Under the pieces are notes generated by a model that did no database searches, was not told where the DNA came from, and worked only from the letters and a program-made list of their open reading frames with translations. DNA of 62,551 nt, the filler included, from Stramenopiles sp. TOSAG23-2 (Eukaryota): NCBI GenBank assembly GCA_900128395.1. It is 9 parts of 9 records of this genome, joined end to end, with 100 filler letters (N's around TTAATTAATTAA, not from the genome) between each part and the next. Parts side by side here need not be neighbours in the genome. Positions count along the whole stretch, not along the records: positions 59,531 to 60,991 come from LT652851.1; positions 61,092 to 62,551 come from LT652852.1; 7 more parts are not named here. One strand, written 5' to 3'. The translations under genes were made by a program, and so were the position numbers. Positions 59,771-62,551 of the stretch are shown in pieces. Numbering within the stretch: the first letter of the stretch is position 1; every line of letters begins with the position of its first letter.

Positions 59771-60973
59771 TTATTCTTTGCTCATATCTTTAAAAACTAT
59801 ATCAGTGTGAGCGCCTAAAAGGGGTGGCCGTGTCGTTGGTTCTGCTTTACTATTGGAAAATACTATTGGAAAATTCATAATTTCATGTGTTGCATCACCA
59901 ACTTTGGAATATGCATTGATTGCACGAGCTTGTGGATCAGTAACCATTTCATTTACATCAGCTACTCGTCGATGCCAAACATCTTGTGCTTTGAATATTG
60001 TTTCCCATTCATCAACTGTTTTTGTTAAGAAACGTTCATTTAATAATTTAATAAACAGAAAACGATTATCTTTCTTAGTGGCAATAGACGTACATAGCTC
60101 AGCAACATCACCTTGGAATTGTGGCAACGAACGGATTGTACCTTCCGGGTCGACTGCTTTTAATATTCCCATAATATGTCGCGGCATTTCTAATCCAAGC
60201 AATTGCATATGCCTGCCTCCCTTACATGGATATGAATTATATGTTGGTGTCCCAAATTCAAGTTGACTTGGTGCTTTTAATTCTCTTCCGATTGTACTAG
60301 TAGCTAAGGCTCCAACTATTGGTTGTCCAAGAGTCCATAATCCTGCACGAAAAAGTGTTGCTTCAACATGTTGCCCTTCACCTGTTCGTTCTCTGTCATA
60401 AAGTGCAGCCATTACGCCAGCTAATAAATGCACAGAAGTTGTTTGGTCACCTAAACCTCCGGGGAACCTCGGGGCTGGTGTTTCCTCATTATCATTTGGT
60501 GCAGAATATTTCATAAGCCCACTCCCAGCCCAAAACGCACCAACATCATACCCAGGATAATCTTCGTCCGGACCACCGATACCCCATGCAGTTAAATGTC
60601 CATAAATTAATCTTGGGTATTTTTTGTGTACCTGGTCATAATCAAGGCCAGATCTTTTCAACGCGCCTGGTCGTACATTAGTTATAAATACATCTGCATC
60701 TTTTAATAAAAAATCCATTTTTTTTGCTCCATCATCTGCTTTTAAATCAACTATTACACTTAACTTTCCAGTATTACATTGTTCAAATCCAGTACCCCAT
60801 GGAGCCCCATATCGTGTGAAACCAGTCTTTGGATTCAATCCATTGTAACGAAACATGTCACCACCTGGACTTTCAATTTTGATCACTGTTGCACCCATAT
60901 CAGCAAGCATCCGAGAACAGGTTGGCGCAGCAATTACTGTAGCTAATTCCACAACTTTAATGCCATCCAACAT
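59771..60973 (-). CDS. CoA-transferase family III (CaiB/BaiF)
   Basis: LDGIKVVEL..AAP..LADMGATVIKIESPGGD..ADVFITNVRPG..PGYD..GLGD (catalytic Asp position)..PPLLGAHT. The ATG is 18 nt from the contig edge, so an N-terminal extension is possible. Confidence 0.93.
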   Translation of the reverse strand: MLDGIKVVELATVIAAPTCSRMLADMGATVIKIESPGGDMFRYNGLNPKTGFTRYGAPWGTGFEQCNTGKLSVIVDLKADDGAKKMDFLLKDADVFITNVRPGALKRSGLDYDQVHKKYPRLIYGHLTAWGIGGPDEDYPGYDVGAFWAGSGLMKYSAPNDNEETPAPRFPGGLGDQTTSVHLLAGVMAALYDRERTGEGQHVEATLFRAGLWTLGQPIVGALATSTIGRELKAPSQLEFGTPTYNSYPCKGGRHMQLLGLEMPRHIMGILKAVDPEGTIRSLPQFQGDVAELCTSIATKKDNRFLFIKLLNERFLTKTVDEWETIFKAQDVWHRRVADVNEMVTDPQARAINAYSKVGDATHEIMNFPIVFSNSKAEPTTRPPLLGAHTDIVFKDMSKE

Positions 60974-60991
60974 AAAACGTTGTTTTTTTAT

Positions 60992-61091
60992 NNNNNNNNN
61001 NNNNNNNNNNNNNNNNNNNNNNNNNNNNNNNNNNNTTAATTAATTAANNNNNNNNNNNNNNNNNNNNNNNNNNNNNNNNNNNNNNNNNNNN
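60992..61091. other. Artificial contig spacer
   Basis: N44-TTAATTAATTAA-N44. Confidence 0.98.
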
Positions 61092-62048
61092 GAATGCATA
61101 CACATGATTGCCTATAAGAAAAAGGACAAGGCTATTCTAAAAGAAGTTGCAGATGAATTGTTTAAGAAAATGGCAGTAAATGAAATAAACGAAGCTGAAA
61201 AGAAAAGAGAATCAATAGAAAAGGCACAAAATATTTTACGCAATGCTATTATGAATGGAAATAGTATGTCTTGGATGACTTCAAAGCTAATGCTTGTTGG
61301 GGAAGGTCGAGCTGGTAAAACAAGCACCCTTCGGAGTTTATTAGGGCAAGCATTTAATGAGAGTCAAGAAAGTACTATCGGTGCAGATATGGCAGATTGC
61401 ATCGTTGATAATTTTAACGTTACATTAGATCAAGATGAAGCTGAAAATGCATGGAAAGAAATAACTGCAGAGGAGGAGGATGATGAATTTGATAGAGCGG
61501 TTGCAAAATTAGTGAAAGAAGGTCTTGAGAGACGCCAGGCAGAAAAGCAAGTTCGTAAAAAGCAAGAAGAGGAGCAAGCGAAAAAAGTTGTAATTACAGA
61601 CAAGGAAACTAATAAAGTAGAGGAAAAGTCAATGGAAAAAACGGGAGAGGATGAGAACAATACAATGAATGAAGAAGAAGTAAAATCATTAGAAAATGAT
61701 ATGGAACAATTAAACATTATGCCAACAACTGTAGAGGAGGGTGCAAAGGAGACGAAATCCGGTGATGCAAGTACAGTTAATGCTAGTACTACTATTCAAA
61801 ACAATTCTAAGCAAATTGAAATTCAGAAGAAAACTAGATCGCAAAAAACTGTTGCTGAGCGAGCTGAGGAAATTATGAAACATTATGGAGATGTAGAAAT
61901 TGAAAACCTGTTAAAAGGTGCGGAAAAAGACACATTAAAGCTAGGCATTTGGGATTATGGGGGTCAAGAAATTTTTTACGCAGTTCACCATTTGTTTTTG
62001 ACACGTTTTGGTGTTTATTTAGTACTCTTTGACATGCAAAATTTACTT
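61092..62048 (+). CDS. Roco-family Roc GTPase domain fragment (both ends missing)
   Basis: KLMLVGEGRAGKTS (G1), ESTIG (G2) and IWDYGGQEIFYAVHHLFLT..GVYLVLFDM (G3 region). The frame is open from the contig start and breaks off before G4/COR. Confidence 0.85.
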
Positions 62049-62230
62049 TTATTATTATTATTATTATTCTGATCATGTTGATGTAATAATTCAACTACTT
62101 CATTTCCACGTAAATTATTTCTACCAACAATTATAACAATTCCACCTTCTTTGCAACAAGCTATCGCTGCACTTTTTCCAATACCACTTGTTCCACCTGT
62201 TATTAAAACAATTTTACCCTGTAACGACAT
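62045..62230 (-). CDS. Short-chain dehydrogenase/reductase, N-terminal fragment only
   Basis: MSLQGKIVLITGGTSGIGKSAA..IIVGRN (TGxxxGIG). Truncated after ~60 aa where it meets the Roc fragment. Confidence 0.8.
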
Positions 62231-62551
62231 AATGCGTATTGTATTTCTTTTATACGTATATATATACTTCCCAAGACTTATTTTTTCATTTTTTTTCTCC
62301 ATCACATTAAGAATAAGAAGGTATTTATATTTTTATCTACTATACTATATAATAACGTGTTGTTATTGTATAATTTAAATTGTGTCGGATGGGTTAGAGT
62401 TAGAGTGAGCTGGTGGTGAGTATAGTATAGTATATTTATATATAGTATATATATATATATAGTATTATATATTAAAATTATATTAATGATAAAATACGGC
62501 AAAAGCTCGAAATAAGGAGGAAGTAATTGCAATCATTTTGGGTGGCCGGCG

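Noticed and set aside
8429..61091. Regularly spaced TTAATTAATTAA within N runs (every ~8.5 kb) as a biological repeat
   Set aside because: These are identical 100-nt linkers with six-frame stops, and contig lengths simply decrease. It is a concatenation artefact.
1..62551. The many 60-230 aa ORFs antisense to or nested in long genes, and I/Y-rich ORFs in intergenic DNA
   Set aside because: They are shadow frames of coding sequence or translations of AT microsatellites with no motifs.
1..62551. tRNA, rRNA, transposase, reverse transcriptase or viral hallmark genes
   Set aside because: None recognised by eye. tRNAscan-SE/Infernal would be needed to exclude small RNAs.

Overview
This window is not one locus. 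It is nine unrelated contigs (1-8428, 8529-16954, 17055-25477, 25578-33967, 34068-42456, 42557-50943, 51044-59430, 59531-60991, 61092-62551) in descending length order, joined by identical 100-nt artificial spacers (44 N + TTAATTAATTAA + 44 N). The DNA is an AT-rich, gene-dense eukaryotic nuclear genome with apparently intronless genes and the standard code. A stramenopile-like protist (e.g. a MAST single-cell genome) is my inference from gene content and is not proven. Recognisable products include a NIMA/NEK kinase, a MORN+IQ protein, KNL1/Spc105, an EGF/FN3 protein, NudC, SMC1, a Popeye-cNMP protein, a RasGEF+VPS9 protein, three Cys-repeat multipass membrane proteins, a DEAD-box helicase, MOCS3/Uba4, a SAM-methyltransferase-like protein, a family III CoA-transferase, a Roc GTPase fragment and an SDR fragment. 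At least four junctions (~10650, ~21266, ~55038, ~62045) look like inversion or fold-back chimeras of the kind multiple displacement amplification produces, so the 8.4-kb SMC1 palindrome is probably an artefact. I see no multi-gene novel system, and adjacency across spacers is meaningless. The best unexplained signals are non-coding: (i) a dispersed repeat family shared by 3' intergenic regions of independent contigs, one copy bracketed by ~28-bp direct repeats; (ii) a palindromic TACGA-NN-TCGTA site recurring just downstream of stop codons; (iii) a contrasting CCAG/CTGG/AGCT vocabulary upstream of genes, including a dense palindrome array at ~48.9-49.3 kb. All family assignments are from motif recognition by eye; no searches were run.
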